Virus record (IMG/VR): IMGVR_UViG_3300007513_001104
Length of the DNA: 64,000 nt
Direction: 5' to 3' (one strand)
Source: a virus
Shown: one piece after another, positions 18,195-27,227 of the stretch
How the letters are laid out: each line of letters starts with the position of its first letter
Position numbering within the stretch: position 1 is the stretch's first letter
Program-made: the position numbers and the translations under genes
Notes under the pieces: generated by a model
Databases searched by the model: none
Seen by the model: only the letters and a program-made list of their open reading frames with translations
Told to the model about the DNA's origin: nothing

Positions 18195-18314
18195 ATGTTC
18201 ATACAACAGATATGGGAATTTTGTAAAGCGTATCCAGGATGGGCAGCAGCATTTTTCTTTTGCGGCTACCTCATAGGGTTAGTAATAAAAAGTTCTATGG
18301 GCTTAATTAATTAA
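18195..18314 (+). CDS. small membrane peptide (39 aa)
   Basis: MFIQQIWEFCKAYPGWAAAFFFCGYLIGLVIKSSMGLIN; GGAGG SD; coupled to previous stop. Confidence 0.6.
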   Translation: MFIQQIWEFCKAYPGWAAAFFFCGYLIGLVIKSSMGLIN

Positions 18315-18324
18315 GTCTCGAGGG

Positions 18325-18358
18325 AGGGTAATCTAATTGGGTTACCCTTTTCCTTTCT
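18325..18358 (+). terminator. intrinsic terminator
   Basis: AGGGTAATC/GGTTACCCT stem then T-rich run. Confidence 0.65.
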
Positions 18359-18388
18359 CTGTTAGTACATGTCAACATAAATAATACT

Positions 18389-18520
18389 ATGAAACACATG
18401 ATCAAGTGGCTAAAGATATGTGCCCTGTTACTTACAATAATGCTTGTTGTTCATGCAATTGAAGTCACATACGATATCCTGTATCACAGAGACGCCGGCA
18501 CACTTTTCATCCCACATTAA
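18389..18520 (+). CDS. small membrane peptide (43 aa)
   Basis: MKHMIKWLKICALLLTIMLVVHAIEVTYD...; CATAAATA at 18376-18383. Confidence 0.5.
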   Translation: MKHMIKWLKICALLLTIMLVVHAIEVTYDILYHRDAGTLFIPH

Positions 18521-18560
18521 AAAGAGTTACAAAAATAGCCCTTTCCTAACCTTTCTTTTA

Positions 18561-18568
18561 TATAAATA
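18561..18568 (+). promoter_or_regulatory. late promoter TATAAATA (lipoprotein)
   Basis: Exact octamer upstream of AGGAG SD. Confidence 0.7.
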
Positions 18569-18606
18569 AATTAGTGGCAGATAGTTTATTGCCACAAGGA
18601 GTAAAA

Positions 18607-18915
18607 ATGAAAAGAATAATAACAGCTGTTTTTCTTTTTTTCACCGTAGTCGTTAGTGGTTGTGCTTCAGTTGGAGCAGCCATAGACACAGTAAGAGACG
18701 TTGCTGCAACAGCAGTCGATACTACTGTTCAAGGAGCGGCCAACATAGCATCAGCAGTGGCTGAGGATGTAGTAGATACAACCAGTTTCGTAATCGAGCA
18801 AGGCGCAGGAATAGTAGAAGACGCTGCTGCTAAAGTAGATGAAGAGACTGATGAGCTATCAACTAGGAACGAGGTAGAAAAACCAGACTTTCCTACAGGT
18901 GAGTTGAAAGATTAA
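18607..18915 (+). CDS. lipoprotein with amphipathic helical repeats
   Basis: MKRIITAVFLFFTVVVSG-C lipobox; start refined to ATG 18607 after AGGAG. Confidence 0.75.
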   Translation: MKRIITAVFLFFTVVVSGCASVGAAIDTVRDVAATAVDTTVQGAANIASAVAEDVVDTTSFVIEQGAGIVEDAAAKVDEETDELSTRNEVEKPDFPTGELKD

Positions 18916-18959
18916 CTAGCTAGTCAAATTAAAGGGCCTGGATATATTCTCGAGTGTGT

Positions 18960-19613
18960 TCAGGCTTTTTTTTCATATGCGTCTCTGGCTTCCATCAACT
19001 TAGAAACATAGTTGTCTCTCTTTTCAACAAAAACCACCGGACCTTCATCTTCTTGAGCCATTAAAATAACCGTTTGATCTACAGGTATCCCTGTTCTTTC
19101 TTCAAACATTATGGCATAAGCTGAACATTGTATGAACATATTTTCACACATCCATTTTTCTTTCTTTTTCTTAGAAGTTTTAAAATCTATTATAGATAAT
19201 CTTCCTCTATATTCTGCAACACAATCTACCTGGCCTGCAAGTCGTAAATGATCAGAATATAAAGTTGATTCAAGTGCTCTTATATTATCTATTTCGTTCA
19301 ACAAAGGACGAAAGTCTGAATACATTTCTTGATCTAAAATACTAAGATTGGATACATCTTCAGTCTCATTACGTAGAGCATTCTCACAGAGCTTATGAAT
19401 TGATGTTCCACGAGTTGTTGCAATTCGTGTTATTTTATTTGCTTCTTTATGACCCACACGTTTGCGCCAAGCATCAATGCTTGGTTTTGATTTGTGGGAT
19501 AAAATTGTTGTAATTGAAGGGTACAACAAACCCGAAGGAGTAACATATCTCCTTCCGTTGTCTGTATTGACACGTTTAAGCCCGTCTATTTCAACGGGTA
19601 TATGATTAAACAT
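18960..19613 (-). CDS. PD-(D/E)XK exonuclease (conserved in T4-like phages)
   Basis: YPSITTIL, RGTSIHKLCE, AGQVDC, IIDFKTS, QCSAYA. Confidence 0.85.
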   Translation of the reverse strand: MFNHIPVEIDGLKRVNTDNGRRYVTPSGLLYPSITTILSHKSKPSIDAWRKRVGHKEANKITRIATTRGTSIHKLCENALRNETEDVSNLSILDQEMYSDFRPLLNEIDNIRALESTLYSDHLRLAGQVDCVAEYRGRLSIIDFKTSKKKKEKWMCENMFIQCSAYAIMFEERTGIPVDQTVILMAQEDEGPVVFVEKRDNYVSKLMEARDAYEKKA

Positions 19614-19616
19614 AAT

Positions 19617-19838
19617 TTACCTAATCCAGCATTTATATCCTGAGCATTGGTCTTTTGGTTCGTAACAATAAACGCAAACACCTTTTTCGTCTGCTTCTTT
19701 TTGTTCTTGCTCGAACTCATGTTGTTCAGCTGCTGCGTCATTGTGTGCAGCTAAACCTTGTTCAAGGTCACGAACTTCTTCAGGTGTATATCTACCACCA
19801 GAAGCCTCTGCTAGGATTTCATGATATTCTTTAGTCAT
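19617..19838 (-). CDS. hypothetical protein with Cys-rich C-terminus
   Basis: CVYC...C...C; GGAGTGAGG SD. Confidence 0.6.
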   Translation of the reverse strand: MTKEYHEILAEASGGRYTPEEVRDLEQGLAAHNDAAAEQHEFEQEQKEADEKGVCVYCYEPKDQCSGYKCWIR

Positions 19839-20937
19839 TCCTCACTCCTACTCCCCAATCAATAACAACAGGAAATCTAGGTACTCCGTCTGGGGATTTT
19901 TCGAAGTATCTAACTGTCACCCAATTAGGTTTTACTTCCTGTTCCAATAAATCTTTTAGTGCTGCTTGGTTGCCTCGAACTCCACTTCTAAATGTTCTAC
20001 CATCTCCAAGTTCAAGTTCAAAGTGTTTGGCATATCCAGACCAGTTACCTGAGCCTTCTAATACTTCTACAACATCAAATTCTTCTGTTATAAACTCCTT
20101 CCTTTTCAACAAATTTTTACTTCTTTTGTTATCATAAGGAGCATTGTTTCTAACCATTTGTCCTTCATAACCATCTTCAGTATATTCTGAGTATAACTTA
20201 TCTAAAGCTTCTTGATCATCACATACTTCTGTTGGAACGTGAATTACTTTAGCGTGGTGTATTACTTTTGGCAACAAACTAATTCTATCTAAAAATAGTT
20301 TATCTGTGTCTTTTGGATCAAAACAATCATAAACATGGTATTCAACCAAGTCCATTGTTTCGTATAATTCTTCTTCGCTAGGTTTAACTTTACGAACAAG
20401 ACTTGTAATTTTATTAAAATTATCCTTTAATTCGTGATTGTAAAGTTCACCATCTAAAATTATATCTGGATACACATCAAAAAACGGTTTTAAAGCAACC
20501 ACTATATGTGGGCATGTAGTAATTTCTTTTCCTGCCCTAGTATATAGTCCATCTATTCTAGCAATACATCTAATGCCGTCTAATTTGGGTTGACTAATGC
20601 CACTTGGTTGTGGTCTTTTTGTATAGTCATGTGCAAGTTGTGGTTTGAACTTATCGTAAGTATCAACCTTTGAAATGTCTTCGAAGTATTCTTTTTCTAC
20701 TTTCTTATCCCACATTGCCTGTGCTTCTTTTTGTGCTTGTTCAGCATCTGTAGTAGCATTTGCTTTGCCTGTGTTCTTACCTGTAGCATCTTTCCAACCA
20801 CTTGTAACTAATTTGCCGTCTTTTATACCAGCAATAGTTCTAGTAGCATTCAATACGCCATTGGAATATTCAACTGTTAGTTCACGAATGTTTCCGTTTG
20901 TGTCTCTTTTGTAGAGTGTTGGTAAAGGAAATATCAT
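19831..20937 (-). CDS. ATP-dependent DNA ligase
   Basis: QPKLDGIRC (motif I), LDGELY, YHVYD, YEGQMVR, LLKRK, PRFPV; extra N-terminal domain; start refined to MIFPL. Confidence 0.93.
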   Translation of the reverse strand: MIFPLPTLYKRDTNGNIRELTVEYSNGVLNATRTIAGIKDGKLVTSGWKDATGKNTGKANATTDAEQAQKEAQAMWDKKVEKEYFEDISKVDTYDKFKPQLAHDYTKRPQPSGISQPKLDGIRCIARIDGLYTRAGKEITTCPHIVVALKPFFDVYPDIILDGELYNHELKDNFNKITSLVRKVKPSEEELYETMDLVEYHVYDCFDPKDTDKLFLDRISLLPKVIHHAKVIHVPTEVCDDQEALDKLYSEYTEDGYEGQMVRNNAPYDNKRSKNLLKRKEFITEEFDVVEVLEGSGNWSGYAKHFELELGDGRTFRSGVRGNQAALKDLLEQEVKPNWVTVRYFEKSPDGVPRFPVVIDWGVGVRND

Positions 20938-20938
20938 C

Positions 20939-21148
20939 TTAACCCCAATCCTTGAAATGGCCATCTGCTTCGTTGTCATTGTAGCCTTTTGTGTACTCTA
21001 CAATTTCTTGAGCTGTCATATCTTTTAGGTTAACTCGATCAGTAGTATAAGTAGCACCTTTGTAATAGTGAGGATTAAATCCTCTTCCGTAATAACTATC
21101 TGCTGAACCTCTATCTGCTGGGCTTCCGTGTCTGTGTCTTATATTCAT
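20939..21148 (-). CDS. hypothetical phage protein
   Basis: HGSPADRGSADSYYGR...PHY...GYNDNE..FKDWG; ATGA-coupled start. Confidence 0.65.
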   Translation of the reverse strand: MNIRHRHGSPADRGSADSYYGRGFNPHYYKGATYTTDRVNLKDMTAQEIVEYTKGYNDNEADGHFKDWG

Positions 21149-21564
21149 GCTTTCACCATTTCTGAAGCGCCTCTGTTGAGCCTTGTTGTTTTGCCTCGAA
21201 CACCACCTGCTGAGTAACCAGCTATGTAATGTGGTCCAGTCCATGCTACGCTGTAGTTTTCAAAAACGTTTCCTCTAGGTCTATTAAGAGCTGGAGCATT
21301 GTAACCTGCTGCTTTTAAAATATCACCTTCACGGAATCTTTCATGTGTTAAGTTTACAAAACCCCAAACACTTCTTTCTGAAAGTATTTTAATAAATTTA
21401 CGGCCAACTTTTATTTCAAGTCCTGCTTTAAATTCTTCAATTCTGGCTTCTCCACGATCCATGTCGTAACCACTTTTTTCGTAGCTTACTCTAGTCCATC
21501 TGTCGTAGTCGTTGCCAATAGCTTCTAGTAGTTTTTCTAGTGCTTTTGTTAGTTTTTTGTCCAT
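21145..21564 (-). CDS. hypothetical early protein
   Basis: GRKFIKI..SVWGFV..GDILKAAG.NAPA..RGN; GAGGA SD; first gene after a sigma70 promoter. Confidence 0.7.
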   Translation of the reverse strand: MDKKLTKALEKLLEAIGNDYDRWTRVSYEKSGYDMDRGEARIEEFKAGLEIKVGRKFIKILSERSVWGFVNLTHERFREGDILKAAGYNAPALNRPRGNVFENYSVAWTGPHYIAGYSAGGVRGKTTRLNRGASEMVKA

Positions 21565-21597
21565 CTAAGTCCTCACTTTTTTATTTAATATACATAC

Positions 21598-21626
21598 ATT
21601 ATGCACTCTCGTGAACCAAAAGTCAA
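21598..21626 (-). promoter_or_regulatory. sigma70-like early promoter TTGACT-17-CATAAT
   Basis: 17 bp spacer, TG before the -10, A/T-rich upstream tract. Confidence 0.8.
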
Positions 21627-21725
21627 GCATTTTTAGGGTAGTTTTTTGAATCTTTTTATAAGCATGCTCCTAAGTTATTGATTTTTGAACATCATATATG
21701 TGCTCAAGGCGCGGATCACCCCCTT

Positions 21726-22040
21726 TTAATCTTTGTATATAGGTCCTAGCTTCTTTTTAACTCGTTTCAATGAGTCTCGGACGGCAGATGACTTCTTGTC
21801 TTTTGCCCCATATGTGTCTGCTAAACCAGAAGTTGGATTAGCGTCTGCAATCCTAGATAAAACCTGTTTAAATCCATCGGGCGGTCTTGTTCTGTCTCCT
21901 GTTCCTCCTACTATGTTTGGAGCTCCAATTATTTGTCGTAAATGTGGGTTAGCTTCTAACAATGCCTCTTTAGCTGAAATGGACATGAAGTCCTCATATA
22001 CATCTCCCGTAATTGTATTCTCTATTGTATATGTTGGCAT
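21726..22040 (-). CDS. conserved hypothetical protein (MPTY family)
   Basis: MPTY...TG...FMSIS...NPHLRQ...DGFKQVLSRI, recurrent in T4-like phages. Confidence 0.7.
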   Translation of the reverse strand: MPTYTIENTITGDVYEDFMSISAKEALLEANPHLRQIIGAPNIVGGTGDRTRPPDGFKQVLSRIADANPTSGLADTYGAKDKKSSAVRDSLKRVKKKLGPIYKD

Positions 22041-22051
22041 TGTATTATCCT

Positions 22052-22354
22052 TTAATGAACCGCTATTGCGATTTCTTCTACACTATCTATAATTTTAAAG
22101 ATAGTCTTTTTACTTTGAGTTGAAAAGAGTTCAGAATTATAACCTTGTATTAGGCATTCCTTGATATATAATGGATCAAGTTTCTTTAAAACAGGTCGTG
22201 TATATCTTAACTCTCTAAAGCCCCAAGTATTCAAACACAGTAAAGCAATGTCTATTTCCTGCTCAGTAAAAAATGCCATCCGATAGCCTTTTATTACTTT
22301 TGGCTTCGGTTCTTTTTTCTTAAATGGAATTACCTTTGCCTTCTGTGTGTCCAT
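22052..22354 (-). CDS. hypothetical protein
   Basis: 100 aa; TATAAATA at 22361-22368. Confidence 0.6.
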   Translation of the reverse strand: MDTQKAKVIPFKKKEPKPKVIKGYRMAFFTEQEIDIALLCLNTWGFRELRYTRPVLKKLDPLYIKECLIQGYNSELFSTQSKKTIFKIIDSVEEIAIAVH

Positions 22355-22370
22355 ATTAGTTATTTATATC

Positions 22371-23168
22371 CTATAATTTGTCTAACCAAGGAATAATTAC
22401 TTCTTGGGCAAATAACTTTTGATATTTTTTTGGTGGATGATCTGGGATTTGTGTCTCGAATCCTTTCTCTTTACAAAAATCAAGTAGAGTAGATGAATAC
22501 CAAGTAAAAGGATTTATTTGAGATTCTAATAATTTTGAAGTCTCGTATGTTATATTAAACAAACTATGATCCCACGCTTTAAAATTAAACAAAGGAATTT
22601 CTTTTATCTCACATAACCATTGAACACTTAATATATTTTCTATTGTTTTTAAATATTGTGCCTCTTCATTATGAAAGTTTTTAAGAAACAATCTCATTTT
22701 CCAATCTATATGATCGTCGCCAAACTCCCATAGGCCATAATTTCCACCACTTTTTAACCAAGAAGAATTTTCTCCTGGAAGGCCGTTATGCATTGGGTTA
22801 AGATAATCAGTTCCATCTAGCTGTTTTGTTTTAGGTACGACATAGTTGCTAAAAGATCCTGAGTGTTTGCCTCCGTTATCCCATTTATCGGGGTCTGGAT
22901 TATATTTTTTATAAAGACTCTCATATAAAAAAGGATCATCATCTTTATGAAAATACAGTTCAAATCTATTAGGATCAGACCAACCAACAACAACCGCGTC
23001 TGGTGACCGTCTGTATATAGCATTTATTGCGTTCCTAGCAATCATAGAATTGCATGCTGCCATTTCAGAAGACCTAATTACTTCATAGTCTTCTAAATAA
23101 TATGGCCATGATGTCTTTGGGCCTGGAGCCATAGCAGAAAAACTATCACCACCTGCTAAGACGTGCAT
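22371..23168 (-). CDS. SGNH/GDSL-like protein
   Basis: LAGGDSFS, SWP, N-containing block, terminal DHP. Confidence 0.6.
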   Translation of the reverse strand: MHVLAGGDSFSAMAPGPKTSWPYYLEDYEVIRSSEMAACNSMIARNAINAIYRRSPDAVVVGWSDPNRFELYFHKDDDPFLYESLYKKYNPDPDKWDNGGKHSGSFSNYVVPKTKQLDGTDYLNPMHNGLPGENSSWLKSGGNYGLWEFGDDHIDWKMRLFLKNFHNEEAQYLKTIENILSVQWLCEIKEIPLFNFKAWDHSLFNITYETSKLLESQINPFTWYSSTLLDFCKEKGFETQIPDHPPKKYQKLFAQEVIIPWLDKL

Positions 23169-24583
23169 ACTTTTACTCCATACTTTCTTTCAAAGGCTTG
23201 GCCGTCGCTTTTAGTATTAACAATTGGTTTACCTTTTATATTAAGGCTCGTATTAAGTAACATAGGACATCCTGTTTCAAAATAAAATTCGTTAAGCAAG
23301 CTATATAATCCTAAATGTTGCTTTTTGTTTACTGTTTGAACTCTTGAAGTGCCATCATAATGAACTATGGCAGGATATTTCTCAGGTTCTTTGCACTTAA
23401 CCGTGTATTGCATAAAGGGCGCTTCTTTAACAGGCATGTGGAAATACTTATCTGCGTGTTCTTCCATTATAACCGGTGCGAAAGGTCTAAACTCTTGTCG
23501 TCTTTTAATTTTGTTTACTTTATCTTTTATATCTTTGCCACGAGGATCTGCTAATAAGCTTCTATTACCCAATGCCCTGGGGCCAAATTCTGCTCTTCCA
23601 TTAGCAACACCTACTATATTGCCTTTGAGTAGTTCACTTAATACTGGCCACACAGGATACATACCTTCTATATTATATCCTAAATAAGGTGTAAAATCTA
23701 CGTGCTCTTGTGTGTGAGCTAATACTGCTCCTAATGAAGAGCCTGCATCTCCAGGGTTAGGCATTATCCATACATTATCATAATACTCTAATGCAATAGT
23801 ATTTGCTACACAATTTAATGCACATCCTCCTTGCAAGACCAAGTTGTTTGTATAGTCCCACTTTTTAGATATCTCTAATATTTTCCTAAACTCTTCTTCG
23901 TATATTTTTTGTGCTGCTGCTGCAAAATCAAAATATAGTGTTTTGTGTGGGTCGTCTATATGTTGCATAAATGATCTGCAACCACGTTGTAAATTTTGTT
24001 GTAACAACGGTTTCATATCATTATAAAATCTATCTGGATCTCCATAAGCTGCCATGCCCATTAAAATATACTCGTCCTCATTTGCTTTTAATTCACATCT
24101 ATCTGTAATAGCAGAATAAAACATACCTAAGGAAGTAGGATAACGTGTACTCCACCGTTTACCTAATGCGCCACTCCATATACTTGAAGTTGTCCACTCT
24201 CCAATGGCATCTATTACAATAACACTTCCATTAATAAAAGGACTTGTAAACATACCAGCTGCTGCGTGTGATTTGTGATGTGTTGTATATTTTACTGTCC
24301 AATAATCTAAACCATAAGACCTAAGTAATTTTTTAACGTTATTCTTTTGCCATGGAAGTCCACTATATAAACGCCTCGTATTTTTCCAAAAAGGACTTTC
24401 ATGCCAGTACAATGTTTCAGGTTCTCCGTACTGCATGGCATCTTGTACTAGAGCTTTATTTAAATTTTTATCATTTTTAATACCACTGTAACGTTCGGCA
24501 TGTCCTGCAAATAAAATTTTATTATCTTCAAACACAGATATAGCTGCGTCATGATGTCCTGCTGATATACCCCATCTAATCAT
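23156..24583 (-). CDS. carbamoyltransferase, NodU/CmcH family
   Basis: HDAA, ERYSGIKND, HHKSHAA, GGCALNCVAN, GDAGSSLG, EFGPRALGNRS, FRPFAP, DGTSRVQTV, LLNTSLN; start refined to MIRWG. Confidence 0.95.
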   Translation of the reverse strand: MIRWGISAGHHDAAISVFEDNKILFAGHAERYSGIKNDKNLNKALVQDAMQYGEPETLYWHESPFWKNTRRLYSGLPWQKNNVKKLLRSYGLDYWTVKYTTHHKSHAAAGMFTSPFINGSVIVIDAIGEWTTSSIWSGALGKRWSTRYPTSLGMFYSAITDRCELKANEDEYILMGMAAYGDPDRFYNDMKPLLQQNLQRGCRSFMQHIDDPHKTLYFDFAAAAQKIYEEEFRKILEISKKWDYTNNLVLQGGCALNCVANTIALEYYDNVWIMPNPGDAGSSLGAVLAHTQEHVDFTPYLGYNIEGMYPVWPVLSELLKGNIVGVANGRAEFGPRALGNRSLLADPRGKDIKDKVNKIKRRQEFRPFAPVIMEEHADKYFHMPVKEAPFMQYTVKCKEPEKYPAIVHYDGTSRVQTVNKKQHLGLYSLLNEFYFETGCPMLLNTSLNIKGKPIVNTKSDGQAFERKYGVKVCTS

Positions 24584-27227
24584 TTTTATATGGATGCAAG
24601 GACAATAACATATCCTTCTTTCTAGTTTTAAGTTGATGTAGTTTATTGTGATGTAAGAAATGAAACCTATTAAAAGCAAGTTTATGTCTTACTGCATTAT
24701 ATCTTTCATTCTTTTCATCTGTTGAGTAATTCTTCCAGTTTTCTAATTCTTGTATTATATAATTGAACCTTTCTTTTGGGTCTCTAACAACATCATAATA
24801 CTCATTAAACATTTCAGGAAACGTTTGAAATCCTTGTTGTCTTAAATAACGAAGTGTAAATGGTAAGCTCACAACAATAAGTGGATGATAATTCATTAAA
24901 GGCTTATAGGTTTTTTCTGTGATAAAAAGTTGTGTGTCGTGTCTCTGCCTATTTTCTGGCTCTGTAAAAATAGTTTCATTAACTAAGGAAAAATAAGAAC
25001 TCTCATAAAGTTTTTTATCATAGTATCTATCATCTTGTTTGAGTGTCTCTGTTGAAATATCTAATTCAATTGATTTTGGTTCTTTAAAAAATTCATTTAA
25101 ATGATCTTTCTGTGTTTTTGATTCTAACATAATCTCTGAGATCTGTAGAAGTTCGCTAGCCCATTGGTTTCTATATTCTCTTTCCCCTTCTACATCTCCA
25201 TAGTATCGTAACAAAAAGCTTATATAAGAGTGTTCATTATAACCCAGTCTGTATAATTCTGATACGACCGCCAATCTATGAGGCCGAGGCAGTCCGTTGA
25301 AATTTAGTAAATCATGTGTTTTGTCTTCGGCTGTTGGGACTGCATGTAGTGTCTCTCTTTCATAACTAGAGTTTGGTTCAATAAACTTTCTTGCATGATC
25401 TAAGGTAAACAATCCTACTTCTAATGGATCGGTTCTCAATACATATTGTTGCCGATATAAAAATTGAAAATAATCGTAACCAATTGCTTTAGTAAACTTT
25501 CCTTGTTCGCCCATTGGATTGCTGGTAATCCAATGATCATAGTTTTTAGCAAAGTTTATATCACCAAAGATAAAATAAGAATATATTCCATTTAACTTGT
25601 TACTAGATAATGCCCCATTTAATTTTTCCATCCACCAATGTGCGTCTAAATGAAATCCTTCGTGTGGAAATACAAAAACTATTTGAATCATTCTTTTCCT
25701 AGCTAAGTCTTTTACTTTATCTGGAATAGAACTTACAAGGTTTGATACCTCATCTAAATAAGCAATTTCAATAAAATAGTAATTGTGTAATGGATGATTT
25801 TTGCCATGTACATTTTCATTAAACTTGCTTAAATCCATTAACTTGTAATTTAACTCTGCGTATTCATACCACCAATTTATATTTGCTAATTTGCTTACTG
25901 CAATGCCTTGGCCTTCACTATACATGTTTCCTCCCAAAGGGCTGTCTAGTTTGTCAAACCACAAATAAAATATATCATTAGGATTATGAAAAGATCTATC
26001 AACAATAAAGGGAGGTTCTATATGTGTTTTAAATTCTTTACGAGGGTTTGCTGGCATACCTAGTTGCCATTGTCCTTTTTTCCAATGATCTCTCTTAGGT
26101 TGTGGTGGGTAATCTTTTGCAAACGTTTCCATTTCAAAGTAAAAATCCCAAGGAATTTGTATAGAGTTTTGTTCATTAGATTTAAATACTTCATCAATAT
26201 TTGATATTCTACGAGAATTTTCTTCTATTACTTCTTCTAAACGTTTCCTATTAGCTTTTAGTCGAGGTAGCAAATCTTTATATTTCTCTTCTAGTTCTTG
26301 GTACGAATATTTTGTTAAATTGGCCAACTGTTGTGTTATGTAGTCTGCTCGCCTTTCCCAATCTGAATGAGATAAATTTATTAAAATGTCTGGAAACATA
26401 TCTTCAAAAATGTCAAACCCCATTTCTTTTAATTTCTTATAAAGGTTTTGATCTCCTAAAATTAAAAAAGGCCTTAAACCTATAATGGGTTTAAAAGTTT
26501 TTTCACTAAGTAATACATCTGTATGAATTGTTGTTTCTGTAACTACTGTAAGAAAATGTCTTTGCCAAATTTCACCGTCTCCTAATGAAATGATATCATT
26601 TTCATTTTGTCCTTCCCACTCATTAATTATTTTTAAGGTTTTGTTATCATGTGATTCTTCTAATATAATTGGATTAGGAAAATTATAACGTGGATCTTCT
26701 ATTGTAGCAGAAACAATTCCAAAATTTTCTAAACCATTTTCATGTATTCTGTTTAATAAACCAACTCTGTGATCATGTGGTTTTCTATTGTAGCATAAAA
26801 AGTGTTTGCCGTTTTCGCCGACAGTTGCTGAACGAACCAATTTTGGTTCTTCTTTGTATTTACTTTTATTAAAATATTTCCAATGATCTTTTATATACTG
26901 TAACCAAAAGCTAAAATAATATCCTTTGTTTGTATTACCTATGTGATATACTCTTTCAAATTTATCTTCTATTAATTTATGCCCGTCTGTTCTTGTTTTA
27001 ATGCAAGCAGTATTTTCCCAATCAGGGCCGGAATAAACTGCTGCTTCAGTACATGGTGTTTTATCAATGAAATCTTTTAACCCGCTGGAATCATCACCCA
27101 ACCAAGTTGAGTTAATTAAGCAAACATGACTAGGAAGTTTTTCTAATAATAAATTTTTTAAAAAGCTTTCTGTTCTTCCTATGGATTGTGTTCCTTTGTC
27201 AAACCCCTTACTGTAATATCTATTCAT
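24576..27227 (-). CDS. two-domain glycosyltransferase-like protein
   Basis: Duplicated module: YNRKPHDHR / FNGLPRPHR, VVTET..SEKTFKPI..PF / LVNET..TEKTYKPL..HP, GF..F..MF. Confidence 0.55.
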   Translation of the reverse strand: MNRYYSKGFDKGTQSIGRTESFLKNLLLEKLPSHVCLINSTWLGDDSSGLKDFIDKTPCTEAAVYSGPDWENTACIKTRTDGHKLIEDKFERVYHIGNTNKGYYFSFWLQYIKDHWKYFNKSKYKEEPKLVRSATVGENGKHFLCYNRKPHDHRVGLLNRIHENGLENFGIVSATIEDPRYNFPNPIILEESHDNKTLKIINEWEGQNENDIISLGDGEIWQRHFLTVVTETTIHTDVLLSEKTFKPIIGLRPFLILGDQNLYKKLKEMGFDIFEDMFPDILINLSHSDWERRADYITQQLANLTKYSYQELEEKYKDLLPRLKANRKRLEEVIEENSRRISNIDEVFKSNEQNSIQIPWDFYFEMETFAKDYPPQPKRDHWKKGQWQLGMPANPRKEFKTHIEPPFIVDRSFHNPNDIFYLWFDKLDSPLGGNMYSEGQGIAVSKLANINWWYEYAELNYKLMDLSKFNENVHGKNHPLHNYYFIEIAYLDEVSNLVSSIPDKVKDLARKRMIQIVFVFPHEGFHLDAHWWMEKLNGALSSNKLNGIYSYFIFGDINFAKNYDHWITSNPMGEQGKFTKAIGYDYFQFLYRQQYVLRTDPLEVGLFTLDHARKFIEPNSSYERETLHAVPTAEDKTHDLLNFNGLPRPHRLAVVSELYRLGYNEHSYISFLLRYYGDVEGEREYRNQWASELLQISEIMLESKTQKDHLNEFFKEPKSIELDISTETLKQDDRYYDKKLYESSYFSLVNETIFTEPENRQRHDTQLFITEKTYKPLMNYHPLIVVSLPFTLRYLRQQGFQTFPEMFNEYYDVVRDPKERFNYIIQELENWKNYSTDEKNERYNAVRHKLAFNRFHFLHHNKLHQLKTRKKDMLLSLHPYKND

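Noticed and set aside
18960-19613. Cas4 / CRISPR association
   Set aside because: Lacks the four-Cys cluster pattern and any array; ordinary phage PD-(D/E)XK exonuclease
21671-21686. TAAGTTATTGATTTTT as a recombination or attachment site
   Set aside because: Single copy seen and no integrase in the window
24584-24679. N-terminal extension of the carbamoyltransferase in the ORF track
   Set aside because: Overlaps the upstream gene; family homology starts at MIRWGIS (24583)
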